DNA of 64,000 nt from Candidatus Harrisonbacteria bacterium (GCA_023255625.1 JAHFLF010000001.1:30255-94254), one strand, 5' to 3'. Numbered from the stretch's first letter, positions 17,568 to 27,777 are shown. Program-made: numbers and translations. Notes: generated by a model from the sequence alone, not told the origin.

Positions 17568-19349
17568 TCATGCAATTACTTCTTGGTTATAACATCTCTC
17601 GCAATATAAAAGTTCAGGACGCCCTGGTTCATATGCAGTCTCAAACTCATTCTTACAGTGCACACCACCATGATCGTGCAACCGCGTATTTTTATATGTT
17701 GACTCTGGGGCATGACACATACATCGCCTATGCCATAGCTTATAGGAGGTAAAATATTTTGAATGAACCCTGAAACGACACGCTGGACATGACCGAGGCA
17801 GTGCAATATTGAATTTCTTATAGAACTCAAGCTCTTTTAGAATTATTCTAAATACTCCTGGACACGAGCGTTCGTCCCCGCTCTCTCGAGCACACTCCAA
17901 AATCTCTTCGCATATAGACATCGGTACATCTTTAATATGGTCTGGAACATCGCTAGAAGGAACCGTAACTGCGTGATGACTGACAGGCGCATCGTACCAC
18001 CAATATCCCTTAGCCAACGCAGATTCTTTTGACTCGACAAAGTGCTCCTGCATTGCCCAGGAACTGTTATAAGGAAATAATGAATGACCTCCTGGCGGAA
18101 ACTCACCGTATCTATAGAGCCTTCCTTTGTCGTCCTTATACGGCATCATATTCATCTGCTCAATAATTTTTGCGCGGAGCTTCTCATACTCCACTTTTCC
18201 ATACTGCTTATTGAAAATGCAATATTTTTTACTCCGGAGACCCGCACAGGCAAATAAATATTCACTATCAATACATTCCCGTGCATATCTAATATCGCGT
18301 GAATTACGGATTCTATACGAAAAAGCCACGTCCTGAGAAGCAACTATAGATGCTGCATCGTACAGAAGCTGCGACTTAAGCCCGGCGCCAGCAATATCTT
18401 GAGAATCTTTTGTACCGTAGCCGACCACAAAACTGTAATGGCAATTTTCAATATCATTAAGAGCCTGGAATGTATGTCTGCAATTTTTAGAATTTATAAG
18501 ATTATCACCCGTACAGCTTGGTGCATTCCGAATGACCGCATACTTACGCGGATGCCCAAGAACGATTGAGTCGTAGCGCATCCGTACTGCGTCCCGGACA
18601 GCACGACTACCTAAATCATATTTCGCGCGCTCCTTTTTATACTCTTCTTTTGCATACTCTACATTAAATATGCAATATTTTTTGTTGCGCAAACCCACAC
18701 ATCCGAGACAGTCGGTACAGCCGCGACAATCATACATAAAATCACAATTAACTAGTTCGTCGCTATATGCAGAGCTGGTCACCTGAAACGACTTGTCTAC
18801 GGAAATAACATCATACGCTTGCTGTACAAATGTACTTAGTGTTGCGTCAACAGACTCCTTACTAAACACCGCGGTATGGCCATATATACAATTTTCACTC
18901 CCAAATGTACCGCTACACAAGTAACAATTCTTTGAATCTGTAGCGCCAAGACAGTATTCGCAATCTACGCTATTCACAATTTCCGTACTCCGCACAGGCA
19001 CCGCGCTCAACAGTTCTTTGTACTGCGCAAAAAATGGACGCGAAAAATCATAATCTCTACCATACGACATCCCATCCCAACCATCTGAAACCCAAAATTT
19101 GTAGTCGTACACCGGTGATTGGACGACCTCCGGATAGATTGAGACAATGCGCTCATTGTGCCCAGGCGCCTGACAGACTCTCTGATACAATGTCGTAGAA
19201 TCAGCACACCAACTAAGTCGCCGCTGCATCCGACACTGCACACACCATGTCGGTGGCGGCACCTGCATTTTTTTGTAAAACTCAAAATCTTCCGGCTCAA
19301 TCGTGAACTGATTTTTACACTGCTGACAATTTTTAATCTCTGTCCCCAT
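17568..19349 (-). CDS. Cys-rich multi-zinc-ribbon family protein (593 aa)
   Basis: ORF track. MGTEIKNCQQCKNQFTIEPEDFEFYKKMQVPPPTWCVQCR ... LLYCERCYNQEVIA. Confidence 0.85.
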   Translation of the reverse strand: MGTEIKNCQQCKNQFTIEPEDFEFYKKMQVPPPTWCVQCRMQRRLSWCADSTTLYQRVCQAPGHNERIVSIYPEVVQSPVYDYKFWVSDGWDGMSYGRDYDFSRPFFAQYKELLSAVPVRSTEIVNSVDCEYCLGATDSKNCYLCSGTFGSENCIYGHTAVFSKESVDATLSTFVQQAYDVISVDKSFQVTSSAYSDELVNCDFMYDCRGCTDCLGCVGLRNKKYCIFNVEYAKEEYKKERAKYDLGSRAVRDAVRMRYDSIVLGHPRKYAVIRNAPSCTGDNLINSKNCRHTFQALNDIENCHYSFVVGYGTKDSQDIAGAGLKSQLLYDAASIVASQDVAFSYRIRNSRDIRYARECIDSEYLFACAGLRSKKYCIFNKQYGKVEYEKLRAKIIEQMNMMPYKDDKGRLYRYGEFPPGGHSLFPYNSSWAMQEHFVESKESALAKGYWWYDAPVSHHAVTVPSSDVPDHIKDVPMSICEEILECARESGDERSCPGVFRIILKELEFYKKFNIALPRSCPACRFRVHSKYFTSYKLWHRRCMCHAPESTYKNTRLHDHGGVHCKNEFETAYEPGRPELLYCERCYNQEVIA

Positions 19350-19384
19350 ATTCTCTATTTACCTATTCGTACGAATAAGACAAT
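19350..19384 (-). promoter_or_regulatory. Conserved 35-bp inter-paralog spacer containing the palindrome ATTCGTACGAAT (a variant of the TATTCG..CGAATA operator core)
   Basis: Identical 35-mer attctctatttacctattcgtacgaataagacaat at 19350..19384 and 36811..36845, each directly upstream of a paralog ATG. Confidence 0.5.
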
Positions 19385-19389
19385 AAGCA

Positions 19390-21081
19390 TTACTCAACTT
19401 CTTTTTGATAACAAATATCGCAATAAACAATCTCGGGACGGCCTGGAGCGTATGTTGTGCGAAACGGCACCTTACAGTTGGCGCAGGATCCATCATAAAA
19501 TACCGGCGGTTTAAGTAACGCTGCCCGTCTCGCGCGCCGACACGTCAAGCACTCGCGAGGTAACGGAATACTCTGCTGCCTCAAAAATTGTAGCTCATTA
19601 GGAATAATACGATATGCTTTTTTGCATTGAATACACGCAATAATCTCTTTGAGGATACCATCCTTCGTATCACTAATATCATCTGGCAATGCGTTAGCTG
19701 ACACAGTTGTTGCAAATTCTTTTGCCTCAATCGCCGCCCACGGCAAACCCTTCTCTTTTGCCTGGGCCTCTGTAAGGGGCAAAAGTGACTGCATTTGAGA
19801 CTCATTGTAGCCATATGGACACAGGTCAATCGGAAAAAACTCTCCATAGCCGTAACTGTTACCGCGACTGTCTTTGTATGGCATCTCCACCATCTGCTTT
19901 TTTATCTTTGCCACAAGCGCCTCGTACTCCTCTTTTGAATACTGCTTGTTAAAAATACAATACTGCTTTTTCTTAAGCCCCACACATGCAAAACAATCCG
20001 ACGAGGAGCGGCAGAAGAATGCGTACTCTAAACGCTCGCAGGAGGGCCAGCAGTCAAAACAAAATTTAAGGTTGTCGGCCTCATAGCCGCAGGTTTGGCA
20101 TTCATAAATCCGTGACGCCTTGTCACCCCAGGTACAGTAGTCATAGGAGTCTGTGACGCCGCGGTAGGTCATCTGGCAATATTTACAGTCCTGCATCTCA
20201 TTACCACCCCAACACTCTTTTGCATTTTTTGTATGAACTAAATTATCCCCGGTTGAATTTTGATTGTGCGTGCCGTTCATAAATCGTACCGGCCGCGTCT
20301 TTGCGAGCTCCTGCATCTTCTTCATAATGGCTCGTAGCCCGCTATATGTATTGAGTTTCAATTTTGCAACCTCAACAAAATACTCTTCTTTTGAATATGG
20401 TTGGTTAAAAATATAGTACGACTTTTTACGCAGGCCAACGCACCCTACGCAATCAGAGCAACCGAATAGATCCCTGGAGCACCAAATATTGCGTGACTCA
20501 AAGCAATTGTAGGAGAAAAATAATTTAAAACCCTCTTTGAAAAGAGTGGCATCGTAACACAACTCTCCATTGCCGCCATCAAGACAATCAACCGAATCCT
20601 TGGTATATCCAAGCCGAATACAGTACGAGCAGTTCTCGCACATATCACTATTAAAACAAAGATAACAATTTTTTAAATTACCTGCTTCTGCGCAGTAATC
20701 CGAGTTAACTAAATTCATCACTGACCGCGATGGCCAAGGCACCGAGTATAAGAATTCCTTGAATTGCTCAAAAAATGGCCGCGAAAAATCATAGTCCTGG
20801 CCATACTCCATGGCGTCCCAGGCATCTGATTTCCAATACTCAACATCATAAATCTTCGCTCGCGTCGTCCTCTGAAACTCAGAAAATATTTCCTTACCAG
20901 TGCGCACATCCGGAGCGCGATACAAATTGCTTTCGTTGCGCCATATAAGCCGCCTTATCATTCTGCACTGCGGACAAAAAGTCGGCGGCGGCACCTGCAT
21001 TTTTTCATAAAAACCAAAATCCTCCGAATCAATCGTAAAATCCTGTTTGCAGTTCTGGCAATTTTTTATTTCCGTTCCCAT
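19390..21081 (-). CDS. Cys-rich multi-zinc-ribbon family protein (563 aa)
   Basis: ORF track; family motifs (..IVYCDICYQKEVE). Confidence 0.85.
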   Translation of the reverse strand: MGTEIKNCQNCKQDFTIDSEDFGFYEKMQVPPPTFCPQCRMIRRLIWRNESNLYRAPDVRTGKEIFSEFQRTTRAKIYDVEYWKSDAWDAMEYGQDYDFSRPFFEQFKEFLYSVPWPSRSVMNLVNSDYCAEAGNLKNCYLCFNSDMCENCSYCIRLGYTKDSVDCLDGGNGELCYDATLFKEGFKLFFSYNCFESRNIWCSRDLFGCSDCVGCVGLRKKSYYIFNQPYSKEEYFVEVAKLKLNTYSGLRAIMKKMQELAKTRPVRFMNGTHNQNSTGDNLVHTKNAKECWGGNEMQDCKYCQMTYRGVTDSYDYCTWGDKASRIYECQTCGYEADNLKFCFDCWPSCERLEYAFFCRSSSDCFACVGLKKKQYCIFNKQYSKEEYEALVAKIKKQMVEMPYKDSRGNSYGYGEFFPIDLCPYGYNESQMQSLLPLTEAQAKEKGLPWAAIEAKEFATTVSANALPDDISDTKDGILKEIIACIQCKKAYRIIPNELQFLRQQSIPLPRECLTCRRARRAALLKPPVFYDGSCANCKVPFRTTYAPGRPEIVYCDICYQKEVE

Positions 21082-21123
21082 GTCTTTATACTACAACCTA
21101 CTCACTACAAACTACAACCTATC

Positions 21124-22827
21124 CTACACCACCTCTTTTTGGTAACACGACTCGCAATAAATAATCTCGGGCCGGTCGGGAGCATACGCCGTCTGGAATG
21201 CGGCGTTACATTTTGCACAATTCCTATCCCACAACTTTGGCGGGTTGAGCCGTGACAATCGTTCCATGTGCCGACAGTCTGGGCACAAACGCGGAATCGG
21301 AAACTCAAATCGACGAAGCAGGGCAAGTTCGGCCGGAATCATTTTGAACGGCTTGCTACATTTCGCACAGCCCAAAACTTCTTGCAAAATAGAATCCTGC
21401 AAATCGCGAATGCTGTCCGGTAGTTTTTCAGGTGGAAGAGTTACTTTATGCTGACTCGGGACCGGCTCACGCCACCGCCAACCTTTCTTCAGAATCTCTT
21501 CCTTCGTCAAAGGAAAATATTGCTGGGCCTGCGTCTCGTTATACGCCCACGGACTCAAGTCATACGGTAAAAATTCTCCGTACTTCCACACGCGGCCTGA
21601 CGAATCAACATACGGCCGATCATTCATGCTCTGAATAATTTCCGCGCGCATCTTTTTATACTCCTCCGGCGAATACTGTTTATTCAAAATGCGATACTCT
21701 TTGCCCTTTAGATTGATGCAGCCAAAATTATGCTTACACCGCAAGTTATACATGCAATATTCCATGTCTAATGTATCGCCCTGGCAGGCACAATTGCAGA
21801 ATCTGACCATACTCGTGCCCTCTCCGGCAGAAACACTGTCAACAACAAGCTCAATTCCGTTACCCCACTCCGTGACATCATAAATGTCTTTCGCCGGACC
21901 CATCGTAAGAAACTGACAGTAACGCGCATCCTCAATCCCCTTCGTCTGGTAGCAATTAATCGCATTCTTAGATTGGAATACATAATCTCCTGTCGCGTTC
22001 GCATTCATGAGGGCGTGCATATACTTGCGTGGATATTCGAGCCAAAAAGCACGTGCCTGCTCTCGGGCCCTCATAAGGCCAGAGTAAGTATTAATCTTGA
22101 ATTCCTTCAATTTGGCTACATATTCTTCCTTCGTATACGACTCATTGAAAATATGATACTGCTTGTTGCGCAAATTAACGCAACCATAACAATCACTGCA
22201 ATCCGTGCAAGATTTCAAAAAATATGAATCTCTACAATTACTGCTGTCTTCAGAAAAAAATAATCTAAATGACTTCCCGCTGCAGATATTTTCATAACAA
22301 AGCTCGCTTTCACTAAGCATTAAAGAATCCATGGAATCTTTATTGCGCACCACCACGGTAGAATAATGCACATTCTCATTGAAATCCGCATTAAAAATAA
22401 GGTAGCAATTTTTTAGACTACCTGCGTAATTAACATATTCGCTATTTACTAGGGTTGTATAATCGTGAATCATTGCAGAGTAAGGAGCTTTTTGGTGGAG
22501 CTCCATCATCTGCTCAAAAAAGTTACGTTTGGGGTCATAGTCGAGATAGAACGCCCCATCATCCCATTTATCTGAATACCAGCAATGACTACAGTAAACG
22601 ACCATTTTCGTATCGGGTGCATGAATAGAGACAACCTCTTTCTTGCAAAGATCGCATGATCTTTTATACAAGGTTCGTTCTTGCCGAAACATAATTCGCC
22701 GTTGAAAACGACACTCGGGACAAAATGTCGGCGGCGGCACCTGCATCTTTTCGTAAAATCCAAAATCCTCTGGTTCAACATTGAACTGATTTTTACAATT
22801 TTGACAGTTGCGAGTTTCGACATCCAT
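21124..22827 (-). CDS. Cys-rich multi-zinc-ribbon family protein (567 aa)
   Basis: ORF track. The start is directly preceded by an operator-like half-site and the stop of the ArsR-family gene. Confidence 0.85.
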   Translation of the reverse strand: MDVETRNCQNCKNQFNVEPEDFGFYEKMQVPPPTFCPECRFQRRIMFRQERTLYKRSCDLCKKEVVSIHAPDTKMVVYCSHCWYSDKWDDGAFYLDYDPKRNFFEQMMELHQKAPYSAMIHDYTTLVNSEYVNYAGSLKNCYLIFNADFNENVHYSTVVVRNKDSMDSLMLSESELCYENICSGKSFRLFFSEDSSNCRDSYFLKSCTDCSDCYGCVNLRNKQYHIFNESYTKEEYVAKLKEFKINTYSGLMRAREQARAFWLEYPRKYMHALMNANATGDYVFQSKNAINCYQTKGIEDARYCQFLTMGPAKDIYDVTEWGNGIELVVDSVSAGEGTSMVRFCNCACQGDTLDMEYCMYNLRCKHNFGCINLKGKEYRILNKQYSPEEYKKMRAEIIQSMNDRPYVDSSGRVWKYGEFLPYDLSPWAYNETQAQQYFPLTKEEILKKGWRWREPVPSQHKVTLPPEKLPDSIRDLQDSILQEVLGCAKCSKPFKMIPAELALLRRFEFPIPRLCPDCRHMERLSRLNPPKLWDRNCAKCNAAFQTAYAPDRPEIIYCESCYQKEVV

Positions 22828-22828
22828 A

Positions 22829-22857
22829 CTAGTCGCTTATTCGCGCGAATTAGAGAA
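22829..22857 (-). promoter_or_regulatory. Operator-like site ACTAGTCGCTTATTCGCGCGAATTAGAGA between the ArsR stop and the 21124..22827 paralog start
   Basis: Same motif as 1127..1155, directly abutting the ATG. Confidence 0.5.
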
Positions 22858-23110
22858 TAGAAATAATATGTTTTGCAGTCGCTGGCGGTGCGTCGCTCAA
22901 CCGATAAAACATATTCAAGCTCTGCTGATCCCGATCTAAAATTTCAGCGGCTCGCAAAATACCAAGATGCTTTGAAGTGGCTTTGAGCGAAAGGTTAAGC
23001 TCGTCGGCTATCGCGGAAACAGACGCGCGCCGAACGCGTTTTAAATATTTTAAAATTGCAAGCCGCCTTGCATTTGCTAGCGCTTTGAGAGTTTTCTCAA
23101 GCTGTCGCAT
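22850..23110 (-). CDS. ArsR/SmtB-family HTH transcriptional regulator (86 aa, no Cys, no obvious metal site)
   Basis: LKALANARRLAILKYL...VSAIADELNLSLKATSKHLGILRAAEIL is the ArsR-type wHTH. A perfect 32-bp palindrome lies in its promoter. Confidence 0.75.
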   Translation of the reverse strand: MRQLEKTLKALANARRLAILKYLKRVRRASVSAIADELNLSLKATSKHLGILRAAEILDRDQQSLNMFYRLSDAPPATAKHIISIL

Positions 23111-23145
23111 AGTACATTCACTATATCATACCGCCTCCAACCTGT

Positions 23146-23177
23146 ACTAGTCGCTTATTCGCGCGAATAAGCGACTA
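23146..23177. promoter_or_regulatory. Perfect 32-bp palindrome ACTAGTCGCTTATTCGCGAATAAGCGACTAGT in the promoter of the ArsR-family gene (putative autoregulatory operator)
   Basis: Read directly from the sequence. It is centred ~50 nt upstream of the ArsR ATG. Half-site copies occur directly upstream of two Cys-rich paralog start codons. Confidence 0.6.
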
Positions 23178-23183
23178 GTAGAA

Positions 23184-24326
23184 TTAAAGCGCAGATTTAA
23201 TGACTCCTCCGCCAAGCATCTTGCCAGCTTTGTCATAGAAGACAGCAGACTGGCCGGGGGCGACAAATTTTTGCGGTCGGTTAAAAACAATCTTGCAAGT
23301 TTTATCTGATGATTGATAGAGGGTCGCCGAAAAAAGCGGCTGTCGATACCTAACTCTAGTAAAAACCTTTACGCCACTATTCGCCCATTCGCTCGAATTA
23401 GAGATAAGTGGATTTATAAAATTAACAGTAGAGAGTTGAACCTCGTGCGAATATAATGAATCTTCATTTTCTGCGGCAAGTGTAACTGTATTTTTCTTTA
23501 TATCTTTTGAGGCGACATACAGCGGCACAGGAGAACCACCAACGCCTAGCCCTTTACGCTGGCCAATCGTAAAATGATGTGCGCCAGAGTGCTGGCCGAG
23601 TATCTTCCCGTGCATATCCAGCACCTTGCCCTTCTTTGGCGGCACAAATCTGTCCAAAAATTCCGGTAATTTTATCTGACCTAAAAAGCAGACGCCCTGC
23701 GAATCTTTTTTCTCGGCATTGGGGAGCTTATACTTTTTTGCGAGCCGACGAACATCAGTTTTTTTAATTAAATCTCCAAGCGGGAACAAACAATGCGCCA
23801 GCTGCTTTTGAGTCAGCATCCAGAGGAAGTAGGACTGGTCTTTACTGGAGTCTCGTGCAACATGTAACGTGTAGCGTGTAGCGCCGGAAGATTTATTCAT
23901 TCCCTTCTTTTTATCCAATGTTACATGTTTCGCGTTATACGCTACACGACGACGCACATAATGCCCGGTAGCCACAAAATCCGCGCCCAACTCCATCGCT
24001 CGTTCAAAAAACATCCCGAACTTAATTTCGTGATTGCACATCACATCCGGATTTGGCGTAATGCCCTTGCGGTACCCGTCAACCATATACTGCACCACCT
24101 TCTCGCGATACTCCTTTTCAAAATCAAATACATAAAATGGAATACCGAGCGTCTCCGCCGCCCGCCGGGCATCCTCGGCATCCTGCTCCGCGCATCCATC
24201 AACATTCCAGCAACGCAAATGAACGCCAACGACATTGTATCCTTGGTCTTTTAAAATCCCAGCGGTAACCGAGGAGTCCACGCCACCGCTCATGCCTACG
24301 AAGACTGTTTTATGATTTTTTTGCAT
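23184..24326 (-). CDS. mnmA: tRNA-specific 2-thiouridylase
   Basis: PP-loop VFVGMSGGVDSSV, then KDQSYFL and CFLGQ motifs. Contains a ~20-aa insertion relative to canonical MnmA. Confidence 0.85.
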   Translation of the reverse strand: MQKNHKTVFVGMSGGVDSSVTAGILKDQGYNVVGVHLRCWNVDGCAEQDAEDARRAAETLGIPFYVFDFEKEYREKVVQYMVDGYRKGITPNPDVMCNHEIKFGMFFERAMELGADFVATGHYVRRRVAYNAKHVTLDKKKGMNKSSGATRYTLHVARDSSKDQSYFLWMLTQKQLAHCLFPLGDLIKKTDVRRLAKKYKLPNAEKKDSQGVCFLGQIKLPEFLDRFVPPKKGKVLDMHGKILGQHSGAHHFTIGQRKGLGVGGSPVPLYVASKDIKKNTVTLAAENEDSLYSHEVQLSTVNFINPLISNSSEWANSGVKVFTRVRYRQPLFSATLYQSSDKTCKIVFNRPQKFVAPGQSAVFYDKAGKMLGGGVIKSAL

Positions 24327-24447
24327 ACCACTCTGTCATTCTGATGTACTCGGAAGAATCTCATTTATGAGATCCCTCGGCTTCGTGATGATCGAGAAAG
24401 TTTACGCAAGCTGGATCCTCGGGTCAAGCCCGAGGATGACAGACGAA

Positions 24448-24993
24448 TTAGGACGCGATAGTTTTCTGCAATGTCGCCAAAAGTCTTGCGACATACTCTT
24501 TTGTCTTTTCATCAATAAGATTGCCGTCTTTATCAAATATTCCAGGTGTAAAGCCATTCACATAAAATTCGGGCTGACCCAACACGCGCGCATCAAGATA
24601 AAGCAAAATTTCTTTAAGGTGACTTTGAGCAACTGCTGTCCCCACAGACCCACCTGCACCCATCAGCGCAACCGGTTTACCCGACCAGGCGTTGTCACCG
24701 TACGGCCGACTGGTCCAGTCAAACATATTTTTGAGCACGCCGGGAATGGAACGGTTGTATTCTGGCGTAGCAACGACAATACCGTCAGCTGCACGAATTT
24801 TTTCTTTGAGCGCTGCAACTTCAGTCGGAAACTGCGCCTCCATGTCCTGGTTGTAGAGTGGCAGGTCGCTAAAATCAACTTGAGTTATTGCCATCCCCTC
24901 CGGCGCAAGCGAAACTGCAGCGCGTACCAACCCGCTGTTAATGGATCCTTTCCGAAAACTGCCCGAGAATGCCAAAATATTTAATGGTTTCAT
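24448..24993 (-). CDS. NAD(P)H-dependent FMN reductase family protein
   Basis: ILAFSGSFRKGSINSGL...ATPEYNRSIPGVLKN matches flavodoxin-like FMN reductases (SsuE/ArsH/YieF type). Confidence 0.65.
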   Translation of the reverse strand: MKPLNILAFSGSFRKGSINSGLVRAAVSLAPEGMAITQVDFSDLPLYNQDMEAQFPTEVAALKEKIRAADGIVVATPEYNRSIPGVLKNMFDWTSRPYGDNAWSGKPVALMGAGGSVGTAVAQSHLKEILLYLDARVLGQPEFYVNGFTPGIFDKDGNLIDEKTKEYVARLLATLQKTIAS

Positions 24994-25031
24994 AAATTTT
25001 TACCTTATGTCTACGATAACGGACCGGAGCA

Positions 25032-25577
25032 TCAAATCTTACCTAAGTATTTGGCAGCTTTCAAGATGAGGGCGCAGCTCTGCGCGTTGATGACGCGCCC
25101 GTCCATGACCATGGCAACTGCCTCAGCAACTGGCATTTTCAGCACCTTAATAGTTTCATTTTTGTCTTCTTGTGGCGTTATAAAAGTGAGACCGCGAGCA
25201 ATAAAAAGATTTTCTTCGTGATGCATATACGTCGGTAGCCCCGCTACCATACCTAGAGAAATCCACTCTGTCGCCTGGATGCCAAGCTCCTCCTCAAGTT
25301 CACGCTTCGCCGCAACAGGTGGAGTTTCGTCACCGTCTATAGCACCGGCAATCGCGGCAATCGTCATATCTCCCCATCCATAATGGAACTGCTGCGCAAG
25401 ATATGCGTTGCCATGATCGTCAATCGGTAAAATACGCGAACCGTTTTTAACGGTCACAACTCCATAAATGCCATCCGTGCCATCCGGCTGAATCACCTGA
25501 TCCTCGCGGACAGAAAGCCACGGATTCTCATACTTCACCTCGGACGACTTAATTTTCCACGGCCCGTGATTTTTCAT
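25032..25577 (-). CDS. NUDIX hydrolase
   Basis: Nudix box GDETPPVAAKRELEEELG. Confidence 0.7.
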   Translation of the reverse strand: MKNHGPWKIKSSEVKYENPWLSVREDQVIQPDGTDGIYGVVTVKNGSRILPIDDHGNAYLAQQFHYGWGDMTIAAIAGAIDGDETPPVAAKRELEEELGIQATEWISLGMVAGLPTYMHHEENLFIARGLTFITPQEDKNETIKVLKMPVAEAVAMVMDGRVINAQSCALILKAAKYLGKI

Positions 25578-26959
25578 AGGTATGATTTTGAAAAATACTC
25601 TCGCACGACCTTAAGCTGCTCTGCAGTGTTGGTCGTCAGCCAATAATTGCCGGAGTGGCGACAAAGAAGTAATTTTTGCGAGGCGGCTAATTTTGGAAAG
25701 ATATCGTACTCAATAGAAAACTTCGCCGGCGTGCCATCAAAAACATCCGGCTGCAAATAATAATGACCGATGCTGACAAATCCTGGCTGCGGTTCGGGGC
25801 TCTTCTCCTTAAATTCGCAAATCCGTTTATGTTCGTCGCAGACGATTGTGCCGAATGTCCTCGCGTCGGTAATCTCTGCACCCGCAATAATATTGTGTGT
25901 ATCGCCCAAACTGTGGCGGATCAAAAGACGATAATTAATATCAGCCAGATCATCAACATTGAGTGCGATAAATGGAACCTTGATATCGCGCGCTGCTAAT
26001 TTAATAGCGCCACCAGTGCCAAGCGGTTCTTTTTCAATTGAATATTTTATGTCTGTATTGCCGGTTTGCCGGAGCCAGTCAACAACCATTTCAGCTTTAT
26101 ACCCAAGCGCCAACCGAATATCGTGTAATCCCTGCGCGCGGAGGTGCTCTAGCTGCCATAATAAAATCGGCTTACCTGCAACCTCAACAAGGCATTTTGG
26201 CTTGATTTGCTCTTCGGGTGGAAGCCGCGTCCCCTTACCGCCGGCCACAATCACAACCGGTGTAGCTAGCTTACCGTGCTTTGCGCCGAGCCGCTGCTCC
26301 GCAAGCGACAAATCTTCGGGCGTGCCGATTGGATGCCAAAAATCCGATGACTCGGCTATAAAATCATGTTCGCGCATCATCTTACGAATCTGATCAGTTG
26401 ACCAATATTCACCGCTTCGGCTGACCGCTTGCGGATATGAAAAAATCTTATCGTCTAATACAAATACGGCAAGAGAGACGAGGTTTGACTTTGGTTTCTC
26501 CGGCGTCTCTTCAAAACCAATCACTTTATTGCTCGCATCAACCTCAATGACACCGAACCGCTGCGGATTATTATGCTGGTGCACCAAGACACCATGCTTA
26601 TGTTTGATTAATTTTGCGAGCGCCTTTGGGCTATGCAAATCATCGCCGGCCATAAACAAAAACCGCTCGCCGGGCTTAATAAATTCGCGGCACAACATCA
26701 GCGCGTGCCCGGTGCCAAGCGGCTTGTCCTGCTGCACATATTCAATTTTTCTTCCCTGAAACTGCGTACCGAAATATTTCTTGATTTGCTCACCTTTATA
26801 CCCAATCACAATAATCAGCTCAGTAATTTCCGGCGGTAATGAGTCCATCAGATGATGCAAAATCGGCCGGCCTAAAACCTCCAGCATCGGCTTGGGCTGG
26901 ACAAGCGTCAGCGGCCGCATGCGCTTACCTTCACCGGCAGCAAGAATAATGGCTTTCAT
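25574..26959 (-). CDS. sugar-phosphate nucleotidyltransferase with two tandem NTP-transferase domains
   Basis: Two copies of the G-x-G-x-R nucleotidyltransferase signature: MKAIILAAGEGKRMRPLT..PKPML and VIVAGGKGTRLPPEEQIKPKCLV. Confidence 0.6.
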   Translation of the reverse strand: MKAIILAAGEGKRMRPLTLVQPKPMLEVLGRPILHHLMDSLPPEITELIIVIGYKGEQIKKYFGTQFQGRKIEYVQQDKPLGTGHALMLCREFIKPGERFLFMAGDDLHSPKALAKLIKHKHGVLVHQHNNPQRFGVIEVDASNKVIGFEETPEKPKSNLVSLAVFVLDDKIFSYPQAVSRSGEYWSTDQIRKMMREHDFIAESSDFWHPIGTPEDLSLAEQRLGAKHGKLATPVVIVAGGKGTRLPPEEQIKPKCLVEVAGKPILLWQLEHLRAQGLHDIRLALGYKAEMVVDWLRQTGNTDIKYSIEKEPLGTGGAIKLAARDIKVPFIALNVDDLADINYRLLIRHSLGDTHNIIAGAEITDARTFGTIVCDEHKRICEFKEKSPEPQPGFVSIGHYYLQPDVFDGTPAKFSIEYDIFPKLAASQKLLLCRHSGNYWLTTNTAEQLKVVREYFSKSYL

Positions 26960-27102
26960 GGGCAGTTTATAGGTTATAGTTTATAGGTTATAGTCTGGAA
27001 AAACAAGATGAAAAAGTTGACCAAAATCCCGAAATCTCTTACAATTCTCCCATGTTTATTTTTACACTATCCACTATAACCTATCAACTATAAACTTCTC
27101 CC

Positions 27103-27684
27103 ATGCTTGCATACAACGAACTCAACGAAGGTGTCATGTTTGTCTATGAAGGCGCTCCGTACCAGGTTATTTCGTTTGCCTTTTTGCGCATGCAGCAGCG
27201 TAAACCGGTGGCGCAGACCGACATTAAAAATTTGATCACGGGTAAATTACTCCAACGCAACTTTCATTCAAACGAGGTATTTGAGGAGGTTGAGATTGAT
27301 AAAGAAGAGTGTAAATATTTGTATAACACAAAAGGCCAGTATTGGTTTTCTTCAAAAAATGACCCGAGTAAGCGATTTTTCCTGACCGAAGAAGCCGCTG
27401 GCACACCGGCAAAATTTACCAAACCAAACACGATTGTGACGGCACTGCGCTGGAAGGGCGACATAATCAATGTTGTATGGCCAATCAAGGCAGATTTGAA
27501 AGTTACCGAAACTCCGCCTGGCGAAAAGGGTAACTCGGCCAGCAACACAACTAAAACCGCCAAACTTGAAACCGGTGCCGAGATTCAGGTACCCATGTTT
27601 GTAAATAACGGCGACATCGTCCGCATCAACACAGCAAACGGACAGTATACCGAGCGGATGGAAAAATCAGCCGTAGGACTGTAA
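27103..27684 (+). CDS. efp: elongation factor P
   Basis: 193 aa with EF-P domain architecture. KPVAQTDIKNLITGK and the C-terminal ETGAEIQVPMFVNNGDIVRINTANGQY match EF-P. Confidence 0.75.
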   Translation: MLAYNELNEGVMFVYEGAPYQVISFAFLRMQQRKPVAQTDIKNLITGKLLQRNFHSNEVFEEVEIDKEECKYLYNTKGQYWFSSKNDPSKRFFLTEEAAGTPAKFTKPNTIVTALRWKGDIINVVWPIKADLKVTETPPGEKGNSASNTTKTAKLETGAEIQVPMFVNNGDIVRINTANGQYTERMEKSAVGL

Positions 27685-27777
27685 CGGACTAGACTGGGTT
27701 GCAAAAAATATACCAAAAGGCGGCCGTAAAGAAGTCCTGGCCGGTCTTTGGTATATTTTTTGCAACCCACCAAAATT

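Noticed and set aside
23861-23960. Similarity of the mnmA internal segment (gttatacgctacacgac) to the 3' end of paralog 5079..6782 (gttatgcgctacacgacttcgg)
   Set aside because: It is a short 15-17-nt match only and is probably coincidental. The mnmA segment is reported only as an in-frame repeat insertion.
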